From a virus: DNA of 64,000 nucleotides. Below are positions 1 to 10,568 of this stretch, one piece after another. The position numbers and the translations under genes were made by a program. The stretch is from the IMG/VR virus record IMGVR_UViG_3300044712_000991, positions 96,001 to 160,000 of that record. The stretch is one strand, 5' to 3'. Each line of letters opens with the position of its first letter. Position 1 is the stretch's first letter. The notes under the pieces were generated by a model. The model ran no database searches. It had not been told where the DNA came from and saw only the letters and a list, made by a program, of their open reading frames with translations.

Positions 1-138
1 TCGGTGGCGGGTCTGGGGGTGCAGGTGCAGGAGCTTCAAAAAATTCACCCAAAAGAATGGTTTTCGAAGGACCGTATAACCAAGATGAATCACCACCGCG
101 TAATCGTGCCCATTGATATTTTTGTAATGTGGTGGCCA

Positions 139-957
139 TTAGCCTTGCACTAACTTGAGATCACCCACTAGTGTTCCAGAGGAAGTAGTGCCTGTCATCA
201 ATATGAAGAACAGGCATGCCTGGTCGTGTACACGAGGGAACCCAAGTTGCGCCCAATCGCGTTCGTTCGGGTAGTTTGCAAGCGGAGCACCTATGGTAGC
301 GAGCCTTCTCGTGGCCGTTATACCGTAACTTCCAGCCGTGCCTGTAGTGGCGTGGATGATGTTGCCAATGGCGCGTATCTTTTCACCGTTATTGCCAGTG
401 ATGGGGAAGATACGGCTATCTTGGTTAAGTGGAGACGTCCCACCTATCGTAAGGGTCGTACTTCCCGGGGAACCCGATGCGTTTTCATACGATATGGTTG
501 CCGTTGCGCCTGTGGTGCCGATGTCGGTGTAAATTTCAAGCCACCATTCGACATCCGAATAATCTGAGGCACCTCTACGGTTGTTCATGTTGCTTGTACT
601 GCCAGAGACACCCACACCCACCACCTGAGCGGTTGTGGTTGTACCGCTGAGACCCCCCATGTGGGCAAGACGATCGTATACATAGATTGTTGTACCAGAG
701 TTACTTGAATTTAACATGCCTCTTGCAAAGTAACTCATACTTCCTGTTACGGGGTCTGTAAATAACCACGCTCCGGTCAGCGTGTCATCACATATGGCGG
801 CCGTACTTGGTATGGCCCCTTGCCCAGGAGTGCCAGTGGCACGCCACAGGGATGTGAATCCTGCCGTACCCTGAGTAGCGATACTTGCCTTGTTGACAAC
901 CATGGTCTGCCCACTAGCATAAGCGGCAACAATACCATCGAGAGTTGTAATAGCCAT
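139..957 (-). CDS. Hypothetical virion-associated protein (272 aa, MAITTLDG...)
   Basis: Thr/Gly/Ser-rich ORF directly downstream of the tail fibre. Start refined to ATG at 957 behind a GGAG RBS. Confidence 0.55.
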   Translation of the reverse strand: MAITTLDGIVAAYASGQTMVVNKASIATQGTAGFTSLWRATGTPGQGAIPSTAAICDDTLTGAWLFTDPVTGSMSYFARGMLNSSNSGTTIYVYDRLAHMGGLSGTTTTAQVVGVGVSGSTSNMNNRRGASDYSDVEWWLEIYTDIGTTGATATISYENASGSPGSTTLTIGGTSPLNQDSRIFPITGNNGEKIRAIGNIIHATTGTAGSYGITATRRLATIGAPLANYPNERDWAQLGFPRVHDQACLFFILMTGTTSSGTLVGDLKLVQG

Positions 958-970
958 ACTTAGTTCTCCG

Positions 971-3900
971 TTAGAAATACATATCGCAGTGGAAACTCGT
1001 GACAGCCGCACCCACAGAACCCGAGATAGCCAGCCACACAACGGAACCCGAGGGGATGGCGGATGCACTGAACGACCGCACAATTTGAGGATTTGTGGTG
1101 CTCGTAACTATCGTGGTACCCACGAGAGTACCCGATGCCCTCGATGCTCCGTAGTACACCGAGGCCGTTACAGGAGACCCTCCCGTGAGCACGTACGCAA
1201 TTTCCGAGATAAACAACGGGTTCGGCGTACGGAACCACGTGATGTTGTCCCCCGACACGGGGGAGTCCACGGTGATAGACCGTGGAATGTTCATCTGCGA
1301 GCCCTGTACGGTCAGCGACCCCGAGACGTTCACACTCCCACTCGGGACATGCACGTTGCCCATGAACTTCGTCCACCCCGACTCCCAGCGACCAGTCTCG
1401 CGCCCACCACTGTAGATACTCACGGGCTGCGTGCCCACGACATCCGTGCGACCGATGGTCGTGCTGTCAGTACTTGCCGTACCGAGGAGGAGATTCCCAG
1501 CGGGCTGTATTGTCAGGCTACCTACACTACCCACGACATCGATGGTCGTACTCCCATCTGCTGCCACGGTGGTCTTGTAGTAGTTCGACACATCGTACTG
1601 CGTTTGGGAGGATGTGGTGAAGACCGCCGCGTAGTTCCACACGAGTTGCTTGGTGGTCGCCACGTACCCCGCGAGCGACCCAGACTGCATGAACTCCACG
1701 GTGTACCCCTGGGTCGTTCCAATCTGGAAGGCCTTACCGTAGGCCATGGAGGTAACATACGAGGAAGTCGTTTGGACATCCAAGTACTCACCACTGTTGC
1801 GGGCGATGCGGAAAATCCCCGTATTGCCAATAAAAAGCGTGTGGTTCGTAGGAACATCGGCCACACCTGCTGTGAGTGCTGAACTAATATACACCGACCC
1901 CGTGACCTGGAGGTTGCCCGTTATGCGCTGCCCTGCGGAGAAGGCGTTCACCACATCTGTGCCAGCGAATCCTGTATGACCAGATGTAGCATACGCAAGA
2001 TTTGTGAGACCCGCGTGATCCTTGGTAAGGGAGCCCGTGACGTTCGTGAGCAACGCGCCATCACCAATGATTGAGGAACTAAAGCGAACGGAGCCCGTGA
2101 CCACAAGGTCACCCGTTATCTTCGTCCTCCCAGTGACCACCAATGGGTCTGTCGGAGCCGCCGTGTTTCCCACTCCAAGCCAACCACCCACGATGTTCAA
2201 GTCCGAAGTGCCTGGTATGTACAGACCGTAGGCATTCGAGATATCGGCGGTCTTTACGGGATCGATGTACAGTCCATAGGCTGTAGTTATTGTTGCCGGG
2301 GCTCCGAGACCGTTGCTGACCGTGATGTACTCACCTGCCACTTGATTGTGGTTGCCCGTTGCTCCCCAGAAAGCCACCTCCACCCTGTGACCAATCATCT
2401 GAATAGTGGAGCCCGTCATGGCCTTCGTAGACCTATTCTGCACCGTACTGTATGCCCCAATGTACGCCCCCGATAGGGTGGTGGGAGCCCCAGTGACCGT
2501 ATCGGGTATCATCGCACGGTTGTACGTACCGATAACATTGCCCGATGAATCCAAGGCATCCATTAGCACGGCTTCGTTTTCCTGAGCAATCGCCCATCCG
2601 CTTGAAGCAGGCCACGCAAGTGCAAGCGTATTGGCCGTAGCACGCATACTCCACGCGGAGTACGGGGTGTAGTTCGAGAAGTTTCCAATAGACAGACTTC
2701 CACTTACAACCACGCCTCCCGATATGTGCTGTATGGGGATGAAGGTGTTGCTCACGGCGGTGCCAGCGAAACCAGTGTGACCAGAGGTAGCGTACGGCAA
2801 GTTCGACAGACCCGCATGATCCGTTATGACCGCAGGTAGCCCAGCAAACCTAGAGTTGATACCCGAACTCACATACTGTGCGTGGTCGGAGGATTCAAAA
2901 CCAGTGTGACCGGATGAAGCGTAGTCCAATGCTGTAAGACCCGAGTGGACTGTCACTACAGCAGGTAGCGCATTGAACCGAGAGTTGATACCTGAACTGA
3001 CATACTGAGCATCTGCTGAGGACTGAAAGCCTGTGTGCCCTGATGTAGCATACGCTAGGTTCTGAAGTTCATTGTGGTACTCGTGAATCGAGGAGCTCAC
3101 GCCATTGATACGAGTCACGAGGTTCCCACTCACGAACTGCGCGTTCGTTTGGGATTCAAACCCAGTATGCCCTGATGTAGCGTACGATAGGTTCTGGAGT
3201 TCGTTGTGGTACTCGTGTATTGATGCGCTCACGTTGTTGATACGTGTTACGAGGTTACCACTAACGAACTGAGCATTGGTTTGCGATTCAAATCCAGTAT
3301 GCCCCGAAGATGCATAAGTAAGGTTGGACAGTCCGGCATGGTCGGTAATGACCGCTGGCAAGGCATTGAACCGCGAGTTGATACCAGAACTAACATACTG
3401 TGCATTGGCTGAGGATTCGAAACCCGTATGACCTGAGGATGCGTAGTCCAACGCCGAGAGACTAGAGTGGACGGTCACGACCGCAGGTAGTGCATTGAAA
3501 CGAGCATTGATACCCGAACTCACATACTGTGCATCCGCAGAGGACTGGAACCCTGTGTGGCCCGATGTGGCGTACGCTAGGTTCGTGAGACCCGCATGGT
3601 CTTTGGTGAGGGAACCCGTGACGTTGGTCAGCAGGGAGCCATCCCCTGACAGGGTACCAAGAACTGCTAGCGATCCGCTTACAGTGACCGAGCCTGTAAC
3701 GCGTAGTCCACCCACAGTGACCTGACGGTTGGCGAGGTTCCCCGAGTACTCCTCGCTCGATAGGTGGTAGTACTCTGATGGATAGAGACCTCCTTGTAAG
3801 GTCGTAAGTGAGTTGTGATCTATCGCCGCACCGGAGCCTACAGTATTCACCGAGCCGATGGACAGGAACGTCGGTGTGGCAGCCAAACGGCATTGCCCGG

Positions 3901-6900
3901 TAGATGTAGATGTTATGGTACTCCATGTCAGACGATAGGCGAACGATGCTTCTATAAGAGGGAACCCCGTGTAGTCCCACGCGGATAGATTTTCCGCCTC
4001 GGCTGCCGCTAGAGATGTGTACGTGGCTCTCCCCGGTATGATGGTATACGCGGCACTCCCCGAGAGGTTCGTGAACAACAGATACGAGTTCACCCACCGG
4101 ACTAATCCACCTCCACCACCTCCCGTAGCATCTATGAGTGCACCACTGTTATCCCACTGAATCCAGTTGGTTGCCGTGTTGTACTTAAACGGTACGCTAC
4201 TTGATGTCCACGCCCAGACCGTGGGTGCTGTTCTGTACATCACGGTGTACACAGGGAGAGTACCATTTTGGTCTGTCAAAGCTGGTAAACTGTGTACAAT
4301 ATCCTCATCTGCAATTACCGTGGCACTCACCCCAAACGTTTTAGCCGCATCATTATCGGTATCCACCGTAAGGCCGGATAACGCTCCTGCGGTAACAACC
4401 TGTGTTCCGTTTGTAGAGTGCTCGTAGTAATGGCTACGCCTATCGATGAGAACCGTGTGGCGTTCATCTCCGATCCAGTACTTGGGTACACTGCCCGAGT
4501 TCCACAAAATCTCAGCCACGGGTACTACAGTCGATAGCAGAGACCACGGAGAACTCGATACGCTGAGAGTACCTGCGGTGTCATCGATATAGATGAAGTT
4601 CTGCCCCTGGGTGAGCGGTGCCAACGATATGTTCTTAGAACCCGTTATCGTGTGCTTCAAGCCCATTCGCCAATAACTCCATGTGCTGCTCACAGGAGCC
4701 ACGGTGAACACTGAACTCCCATCGAACGAAAGCGTGGTCTCGGTCTGGTTGAGGAACCCATAGCGCCCAATGTTTGCAAAATCTGCACGGGAGAGCAAGG
4801 TCAGGTCGGCAGCAGCACGGTCAGACACTTCCTGTACCACGGAGGCCGAGATGGAGTTCATGCGGGTCACGATGTTGCCCGACACGAACTGGGCGTTCAC
4901 CTTGGTCTCCATGGTGGACACCATGTTCCCACTCACGAACTGCGCGTTTACCTGAGATTCGAAACCCGTGTGACCTGATGTAGCGTACGAGAGATTCTGG
5001 AGTTCGTTGTGGTACTCATGAATAGAGGAACTCACGCTATTGATGCGGGTCACTAGGTTACCACTCACAAACTGTGCGTTCGTCTGCGATTCAAACCCTG
5101 TGTGACCTGATGTAGCGTACGAGAGATTCTGGAGTTCGTTATGATATTCGTGGATTGATGCGCTCACATTGTTGATGCGCGTCACGAGATTGCCACTGAC
5201 GAACTGAGCATTCGTTTGCGATTCGAACCCCGTATGACCAGAAGCAGCATATGTCAGGTTCGACAGACCCGCGTGATCGGTGATGACCGCAGGCAAGGCC
5301 GCGAAGCGGGCATTGATACCCGAACTCACGTACTGTGCATCCGCCGCCGACTGAAATCCCGTATGGCCGCTGGAAGCGTAGTCGAGGTTCAGGAGAGCCG
5401 CGTGATTGGTGGTACCCCCACCAACGGATGCGGATGTCCACCGCGCATTACCTGCATTGTCGGAGGCCACGAGGTAGTACCCCGCGACAGCACCCGAAGC
5501 CATCTGTAGGCGTTGGGTGTTAACCGATCCCGTGACGGTCACACCCCCCTGGAAAGTCTGCGAGGAGGTGAAGGTGTTTCCTACTCCAGTGCCAGCGAAA
5601 CCCGTATGACCCGCCGAGGCGTAATCAAGTTGAGTAAGCTCCGAGTGAGCCACGACGCTCGATGTCGGGAGAGCCGATATGCGTGCGTTGATCCCTGAAC
5701 TCACATACTGCGCATTGGCAGAAGATTCAAAGCCCGTATGACCGGAGGAAGCGTAGTCGAGTGCTGTGAGGGATGAGTGGACTGTCACGACCGCAGGTAG
5801 AGCGTTGAATCGTGCGTTGATCCCTGAACTCACATACTGTGCATTTGCTTGGGACTCAAAACCCGTATGACCCGAGGTAGCGTATGCTAGGTTCTGAAGT
5901 TCATTGTGGTACTCATGAATAGAGGAACTCACGCCATTGATGCGGGTGACGAGATTGCCACTGACGAACTGGGCATTGGTTTGCGATTCAAACCCCGTAT
6001 GACCGGAAGAAGCGTACGAAAGGTTTTGGAGTTCATTGTGATACTCATGTATCGAGGAACTCACACCATTGATACGGGTCACGAGATTACCCGACACAAA
6101 CTGAGCATTCGTTTGCGACTCGAATCCCGTGTGTCCCGAGGATGCGTAGGTCAGGTTCGATAGGGCTGCATGATCGGTGATAACGGATGGCAAGGCATTG
6201 AAACGAGAGTTGATACCCGAACTGACGTACTGAGCATTCGCTTGAGACTCAAACCCCGTATGCCCCGATGCAGTGTACGATAGGTTCTGGAGTTCGTTGT
6301 GATACTCATGGATCGAGGAACTCACGCTATTGATGCGCGTCACAAGGTTCCCCGATACAAACTGAGCATTCGCCTCGGACTCAAAACCCGTATGACCCGA
6401 TGAGGCGTACGACAGCCCTTGCAGACTAGCGTGTGGTATGCTGCTCGATGTGAAGTGTATGGAGGTATCGAGGACATGCTGCGCCACGCTCGCACTGAGC
6501 GCTTGCAGACCTATCGAGGTCGCCACGGCAGATGAGGATACGAGTTGTAGTGTGGCTTGTGTGCCGACCAAACTGCCTGACACGAGGTTCAGCGTATAGA
6601 TGGTGCTGTCCAAACTGCTCGACACGAGTTGCAGGGTAGCCTGGGTGCTGACAAGACTTCCACTGATGGACATCACGAGCAGGGAGGTGCTGTCTACACT
6701 GCCCGAGAGGAGTGCGAGTGCCTGTTGCGTGCTTACGAGGCTCCCCGACACCACTGCTAGTGTGTACCACGCGGCATCCACCGAGGAACTCACAAGTTGG
6801 AGCTCGACTGAACTAGCGAACCCCGTGTGACCCGAGGAGGTGTAGTCCAGGTGTGCGAGGAGTTCGTGGGCTCCTCCCGCTATGCTACCCGTAAAGGGCA

Positions 6901-7063
6901 GTCCCACAGGCCCCTGGGGTCCAGGGGGACCCTGTACCCCGACCTGGATCACATGGGGGACCACGATGCTATTTGGTCGGACTTCAACCACTGTATTGGC
7001 GACACTCAATTGATTGGCGGTGACCAATTCAGGCGAGTTGATTTCGACATTGATGGTGGGCAT
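971..7063 (-). CDS. Long repetitive tail fibre / fibre-like structural protein (2030 aa)
   Basis: Short collagen-like GPPGPQGP near the N terminus, 20 copies of H-x2-L-x2-L-x-Y-x2-(S/A)GHTGF, a HNSLTTLQGG..EYYHL fibre motif and duplicated GDG(S/A)LLTNV motifs. Lies in the structural operon. Confidence 0.75.
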   Translation of the reverse strand: MPTINVEINSPELVTANQLSVANTVVEVRPNSIVVPHVIQVGVQGPPGPQGPVGLPFTGSIAGGAHELLAHLDYTSSGHTGFASSVELQLVSSSVDAAWYTLAVVSGSLVSTQQALALLSGSVDSTSLLVMSISGSLVSTQATLQLVSSSLDSTIYTLNLVSGSLVGTQATLQLVSSSAVATSIGLQALSASVAQHVLDTSIHFTSSSIPHASLQGLSYASSGHTGFESEANAQFVSGNLVTRINSVSSSIHEYHNELQNLSYTASGHTGFESQANAQYVSSGINSRFNALPSVITDHAALSNLTYASSGHTGFESQTNAQFVSGNLVTRINGVSSSIHEYHNELQNLSYASSGHTGFESQTNAQFVSGNLVTRINGVSSSIHEYHNELQNLAYATSGHTGFESQANAQYVSSGINARFNALPAVVTVHSSLTALDYASSGHTGFESSANAQYVSSGINARISALPTSSVVAHSELTQLDYASAGHTGFAGTGVGNTFTSSQTFQGGVTVTGSVNTQRLQMASGAVAGYYLVASDNAGNARWTSASVGGGTTNHAALLNLDYASSGHTGFQSAADAQYVSSGINARFAALPAVITDHAGLSNLTYAASGHTGFESQTNAQFVSGNLVTRINNVSASIHEYHNELQNLSYATSGHTGFESQTNAQFVSGNLVTRINSVSSSIHEYHNELQNLSYATSGHTGFESQVNAQFVSGNMVSTMETKVNAQFVSGNIVTRMNSISASVVQEVSDRAAADLTLLSRADFANIGRYGFLNQTETTLSFDGSSVFTVAPVSSTWSYWRMGLKHTITGSKNISLAPLTQGQNFIYIDDTAGTLSVSSSPWSLLSTVVPVAEILWNSGSVPKYWIGDERHTVLIDRRSHYYEHSTNGTQVVTAGALSGLTVDTDNDAAKTFGVSATVIADEDIVHSLPALTDQNGTLPVYTVMYRTAPTVWAWTSSSVPFKYNTATNWIQWDNSGALIDATGGGGGGLVRWVNSYLLFTNLSGSAAYTIIPGRATYTSLAAAEAENLSAWDYTGFPLIEASFAYRLTWSTITSTSTGQCRLAATPTFLSIGSVNTVGSGAAIDHNSLTTLQGGLYPSEYYHLSSEEYSGNLANRQVTVGGLRVTGSVTVSGSLAVLGTLSGDGSLLTNVTGSLTKDHAGLTNLAYATSGHTGFQSSADAQYVSSGINARFNALPAVVTVHSSLSALDYASSGHTGFESSANAQYVSSGINSRFNALPAVITDHAGLSNLTYASSGHTGFESQTNAQFVSGNLVTRINNVSASIHEYHNELQNLSYATSGHTGFESQTNAQFVSGNLVTRINGVSSSIHEYHNELQNLAYATSGHTGFQSSADAQYVSSGINSRFNALPAVVTVHSGLTALDYASSGHTGFESSDHAQYVSSGINSRFAGLPAVITDHAGLSNLPYATSGHTGFAGTAVSNTFIPIQHISGGVVVSGSLSIGNFSNYTPYSAWSMRATANTLALAWPASSGWAIAQENEAVLMDALDSSGNVIGTYNRAMIPDTVTGAPTTLSGAYIGAYSTVQNRSTKAMTGSTIQMIGHRVEVAFWGATGNHNQVAGEYITVSNGLGAPATITTAYGLYIDPVKTADISNAYGLYIPGTSDLNIVGGWLGVGNTAAPTDPLVVTGRTKITGDLVVTGSVRFSSSIIGDGALLTNVTGSLTKDHAGLTNLAYATSGHTGFAGTDVVNAFSAGQRITGNLQVTGSVYISSALTAGVADVPTNHTLFIGNTGIFRIARNSGEYLDVQTTSSYVTSMAYGKAFQIGTTQGYTVEFMQSGSLAGYVATTKQLVWNYAAVFTTSSQTQYDVSNYYKTTVAADGSTTIDVVGSVGSLTIQPAGNLLLGTASTDSTTIGRTDVVGTQPVSIYSGGRETGRWESGWTKFMGNVHVPSGSVNVSGSLTVQGSQMNIPRSITVDSPVSGDNITWFRTPNPLFISEIAYVLTGGSPVTASVYYGASRASGTLVGTTIVTSTTNPQIVRSFSASAIPSGSVVWLAISGSVGAAVTSFHCDMYF
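2760..6850 (-). repeat. Intragenic tandem repeats of about 40-45 aa (SGHTGF-ESQxNAQ-(F/Y)VS) in the fibre gene
   Basis: Near-identical ~120-135 nt units in blocks at about 2.76-3.6, 4.9-5.4 and 5.6-6.4 kb. Confidence 0.9.
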
Positions 7064-7078
7064 AAGGTAGTCTGAACG

Positions 7079-7465
7079 TTATGGGCGTGTCACAGCAGGG
7101 CGTATCCAGGCATCGCCTTGAAGGATACGTATTTCGGAGGCTCCGATGTAAAGTTTCATGTCCCACACTGCGCGGATATACGGCATACTGGCTGTCTGAG
7201 AGGCGGTCAGGGACAGAACAACCGATCCAGATGAGCCAGCACTTCCGGTAACAACACCGCTACTGCTCGATCCAAAGTTCACACCGAACTCCGCGAGCAC
7301 GCTTGGGTTGTTGTAGAAATCACGAATCTGAGCCCGACAAGTATAGCCTGTCAAGTCCATCGGGACTAGCGTCGGGTCGGAAACAGATAGGGGTACCTGA
7401 AGTGTCAGAGGAAGTTCGAAGGTCGCGCCTTGGTCTATCGTGATGTCATATTTTCCTGCTGGCAT
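7079..7465 (-). CDS. Beta-sandwich baseplate/fibre-attachment protein (128 aa)
   Basis: N-terminal YDITIDQGATF motif typical of small phage baseplate/fibre adaptor proteins; adjacent to the fibre gene. Confidence 0.55.
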   Translation of the reverse strand: MPAGKYDITIDQGATFELPLTLQVPLSVSDPTLVPMDLTGYTCRAQIRDFYNNPSVLAEFGVNFGSSSSGVVTGSAGSSGSVVLSLTASQTASMPYIRAVWDMKLYIGASEIRILQGDAWIRPAVTRP

Positions 7466-7466
7466 A

Positions 7467-7991
7467 CTAGTCCTCTGATTTTCTACGCATCCCCTTGGTC
7501 TTCCACTCACCAAACTTCACATACACTCTGAGTTTGTCAAGCAACCAGTTGGGGAATGGGATGTTCAGGAGAGTGCACGAATTTTCAACAACGGATATCG
7601 CCTCGGTCATCGCGAGCCACATCAAGGCCGCCTTGTCCAAGGACAGGAAACCGAAGATCGCGCTATTCACATACTCCAGGGAATGAAATGTGGCTATGAT
7701 GATACAGTAGAACAGGAGCTTTATCAGACCGTTCCTGAACGCCGAGGAACTGAGGGTGCGTTTGCGTAGTGCCACCCACACACCCGTAACCTGATCAACA
7801 AGCACGAGACCCACGAGCACGGAGAGACCGATGAGGTTCTCGTGAATGAGATACTCCACAGCGCCCAACATGAACACCAGGGCAGTTTTGACCCACGAGA
7901 GGTCTATTGCCGCATCCCAGGCTTTCTGTATAGGTAACAGCAGTAGACGGGTGTAGGACATGGTTGTCATAGTGTATTCCGATGTACACAT
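7467..7991 (-). CDS. Phage holin (Phage_holin_4_1-like)
   Basis: Hydrophobic helices, motif LVDQVTGVWVA..LSSSAFRNGLIK, basic C terminus; GGAGG RBS before ATG 7991. Confidence 0.75.
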   Translation of the reverse strand: MCTSEYTMTTMSYTRLLLLPIQKAWDAAIDLSWVKTALVFMLGAVEYLIHENLIGLSVLVGLVLVDQVTGVWVALRKRTLSSSAFRNGLIKLLFYCIIIATFHSLEYVNSAIFGFLSLDKAALMWLAMTEAISVVENSCTLLNIPFPNWLLDKLRVYVKFGEWKTKGMRRKSED

Positions 7992-8062
7992 GAAATATAC
8001 CTCCATCCACCCAGTTTTGACAGCCCTACTGGGAGCAGAGTACGAAACAGGTTATCCGCAGG

Positions 8063-9445
8063 TTAGTTCTTAACCATCAACACACCTGCCGATGTTTTGT
8101 AGAGCATTCCAGAGGTTAATCCGGCAGTACCCGCAGCCGTATCATCAGCGTAAGTAGGAAGACCTCCGATATATCCACTGTCTCCGCGTATCTTGAATAC
8201 TGTGTTTGCAAGTAGAGTGTCATTTGTGGCGGGGAGTATTGGTTCGTACCCGTTCACGTATATCTTATCCTGCGGAGGCTTGAACCTCCATCCAGCGTAT
8301 CCAGATGGAGCCCCGCCCACGAACCATGTATCATACGGCCCAGGATACTGTGCAGGTTTGAATAGCGTCCCATCCGCGCCATTTTGTGCGGAGACTATGA
8401 CGTTGTTCGTTCCTCCGACGTTTGCCAAGTCAAACCAATATCCTGAGTTGCCTGTCATGGTGATGATGAGATTTGCCGATCCACCATCGATTTTCACCCC
8501 CGTGTCGGTGGTGTTTTGTACTATGCCTGTGATGACTTGACCAACGGCACGTATCTCCACGCCGATAGGACCAGTGGCCGAAATGTCCGAGATAGAGTTG
8601 CACCCCACACCCGCATCGATGAGCATCCCCCATCCCGTTGCGGTCGTGGCATGAATGTCCGATCCGAAGATCACGCCGCTGTAACAGATGTGGACCGCCC
8701 CAGTGTCGTTCAGATACCCATTGTATTGCGAGAGGTGCATCGGGGACATGACCTTGATGCCCCAGGCTTTGTTCTGATACGACAACATCCCCGAAACTTC
8801 AATATCACCGGGACCATCAAATCTCCACCCATTGCCATCGTTGAAGATGGTTTTGATGCGACCCACAAACGCCTCTTGATCTTCCGAGGGGTTGTTGTAA
8901 CTTGCTACACCGCCCCACTCCGTATACAGTCCATCCTTTTTCGCATTCTGTATTGTCACATCGAATATCTTGAACCTCTTTCCATACACTCTCACACCAT
9001 ACCCCGAGTCGGGGTTTGAAGCCTTGTTCGCATCTATGGTCATGTGAGAGATTTCAAAGTCCACATTCCCGCCGAAGGTAGATGTTCCAGTCCAGGTATA
9101 GAATGAATCTGATTGCACGACGGCTCTATTTGATCCTGCACGTGACTTAAGGGTAGTGAGATTAAATCCAGCGCCCCTAAGTTTCACACGACTTTTGATT
9201 TTCACATTGGCGATGTATGTGCCAGAAGGAATGTAGACCACACCACCACCTACCGCGTATGCTGTGTTGATTGCAGTCTGTATGGACGCAGAATCCGATG
9301 CCACACCATTTCCCACCGCTCCATAATCTAGCACGTTGTAGATTTTGAGATTTGCGGTATTACCGCCACCGCCTCTCCGCATAATACCATCCCCGTAGGA
9401 TAGGGAGGCGCAGAAAACAAACAGAAGTATGAGTAGTCGCTTCAT
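8063..9445 (-). CDS. Pectate_lyase_3/GH55-like right-handed beta-helix protein (depolymerase-like) with N-terminal signal peptide
   Basis: NVLDYGAVGNGVASDSASIQTAIN..GGGVVYIPSGTY motif; N terminus MKRLLILLFVFCASLSYG. Confidence 0.75.
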   Translation of the reverse strand: MKRLLILLFVFCASLSYGDGIMRRGGGGNTANLKIYNVLDYGAVGNGVASDSASIQTAINTAYAVGGGVVYIPSGTYIANVKIKSRVKLRGAGFNLTTLKSRAGSNRAVVQSDSFYTWTGTSTFGGNVDFEISHMTIDANKASNPDSGYGVRVYGKRFKIFDVTIQNAKKDGLYTEWGGVASYNNPSEDQEAFVGRIKTIFNDGNGWRFDGPGDIEVSGMLSYQNKAWGIKVMSPMHLSQYNGYLNDTGAVHICYSGVIFGSDIHATTATGWGMLIDAGVGCNSISDISATGPIGVEIRAVGQVITGIVQNTTDTGVKIDGGSANLIITMTGNSGYWFDLANVGGTNNVIVSAQNGADGTLFKPAQYPGPYDTWFVGGAPSGYAGWRFKPPQDKIYVNGYEPILPATNDTLLANTVFKIRGDSGYIGGLPTYADDTAAGTAGLTSGMLYKTSAGVLMVKN

Positions 9446-9486
9446 AGGAATCCTCAATGTCTTGCAGATGTAGTGTGGGACGACAG

Positions 9487-9843
9487 TTATTCAATGGTCA
9501 CCGTGAGTGGTACCTCCCCCTTTACCCTGTAGAACGTTTGGTCTCGCGTCAAAAACGGTCGGGCATCACCGTATGAACCACCAGTACCTGGGCGAATCGG
9601 AATAGCGTTTAGGCTGTCGTTACCGAAACATATCCACGCAGTTGTTGTTCCAGCAGTTGAATCTAGCGCCGCTGTGACTTTATTCCATCCGTTAGGAGTG
9701 GCGAAAAAGTTACTGTCTACCGCAAACGATGCCCCGCCGTACTTCGTGCGTGAGTACGGTTTGCCATAGCGTTCGACGTATGATTGCGGTATCGTAATAG
9801 ATACGCAGAGCATAAGCATAAGGACTACAGTGAATGCTTTCAT
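9487..9843 (-). CDS. Hypothetical secreted protein (118 aa)
   Basis: Signal-peptide-like N terminus MKAFTVVLMLMLCVSITIP; GGAG RBS. Confidence 0.6.
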   Translation of the reverse strand: MKAFTVVLMLMLCVSITIPQSYVERYGKPYSRTKYGGASFAVDSNFFATPNGWNKVTAALDSTAGTTTAWICFGNDSLNAIPIRPGTGGSYGDARPFLTRDQTFYRVKGEVPLTVTIE

Positions 9844-9868
9844 TACAGTCTCCTAGAAAGTGTATATC

Positions 9869-10423
9869 CTATCCACCCATACCAAGGCGTGTACCACGCA
9901 AACCCCGCGTAAGACTCCTGGGGAAGCCCACCTGCCCCGAGAACTGACCCTTCGGGGATATCCTGTCGAATGCTATGGCCTTCTTCAAAATAGGAACGGT
10001 CGCGTTGATGAACGAGAGTATGGAGCCGTTGGCGATTGAAGCGTAATCCTGCTGCTTCTTGCGCATGAGGCTGATGCCGTTATCATTGTACTCGAAGTGC
10101 ACCCCAGCCTCAAACCACTGGAGACGGATGCCCACGAAGAACTCCGCGCACATCATGACCGCCGTGGACAGCGCAGACTGTGGGTCTTCCGATGCAGGAT
10201 TAGCCGATCCTGCGTACAAGTCGGTCGAGGAGTAGGTGGTAATCACAGGGGGGAACATGTTGAAGTAGTTCAGTCCCAACCTGAAGTCCTCCCACAGTTC
10301 ATCGTTGCCCAACTGCCCTGGGAGGCGCATGGATGATCCCGATGCGAGTTGCGTTCGCATACTCATCCGACTCCGGAGCAAGTCTACGAAAAACTGCTGT
10401 TCCGTGGAAAGTTCGTATCCCAT
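9869..10423 (-). CDS. Putative head-tail adaptor/neck protein
   Basis: Helical 184-aa ORF immediately downstream of the major capsid gene, with a FEYNDNGISL motif. Confidence 0.5.
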   Translation of the reverse strand: MGYELSTEQQFFVDLLRSRMSMRTQLASGSSMRLPGQLGNDELWEDFRLGLNYFNMFPPVITTYSSTDLYAGSANPASEDPQSALSTAVMMCAEFFVGIRLQWFEAGVHFEYNDNGISLMRKKQQDYASIANGSILSFINATVPILKKAIAFDRISPKGQFSGQVGFPRSLTRGLRGTRLGMGG

Positions 10424-10490
10424 GGGGTTCCTCAGAATGTGGTCGCACTCGTACGAGTATGCGTACAGGGTGTACTGCGTGTTAGAAAGA

Positions 10491-10527
10491 CAAAAGGGTT
10501 AACCTTTTTTGAAGGTTAACCCTTTTG
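10491..10527. terminator. Rho-independent terminator downstream of the major capsid gene
   Basis: Perfect 16-bp inverted repeat CAAAAGGGTTAACCTT/AAGGTTAACCCTTTTG. Confidence 0.8.
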
Positions 10528-10568
10528 AAAGGTTACTACGGTTCAACTTCGGACTGCCGCATCACCCA

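Noticed and set aside
971-7063. Diversity-generating retroelement acting on the fibre repeats
   Set aside because: No reverse transcriptase in the window, and repeat differences are not adenine-specific.
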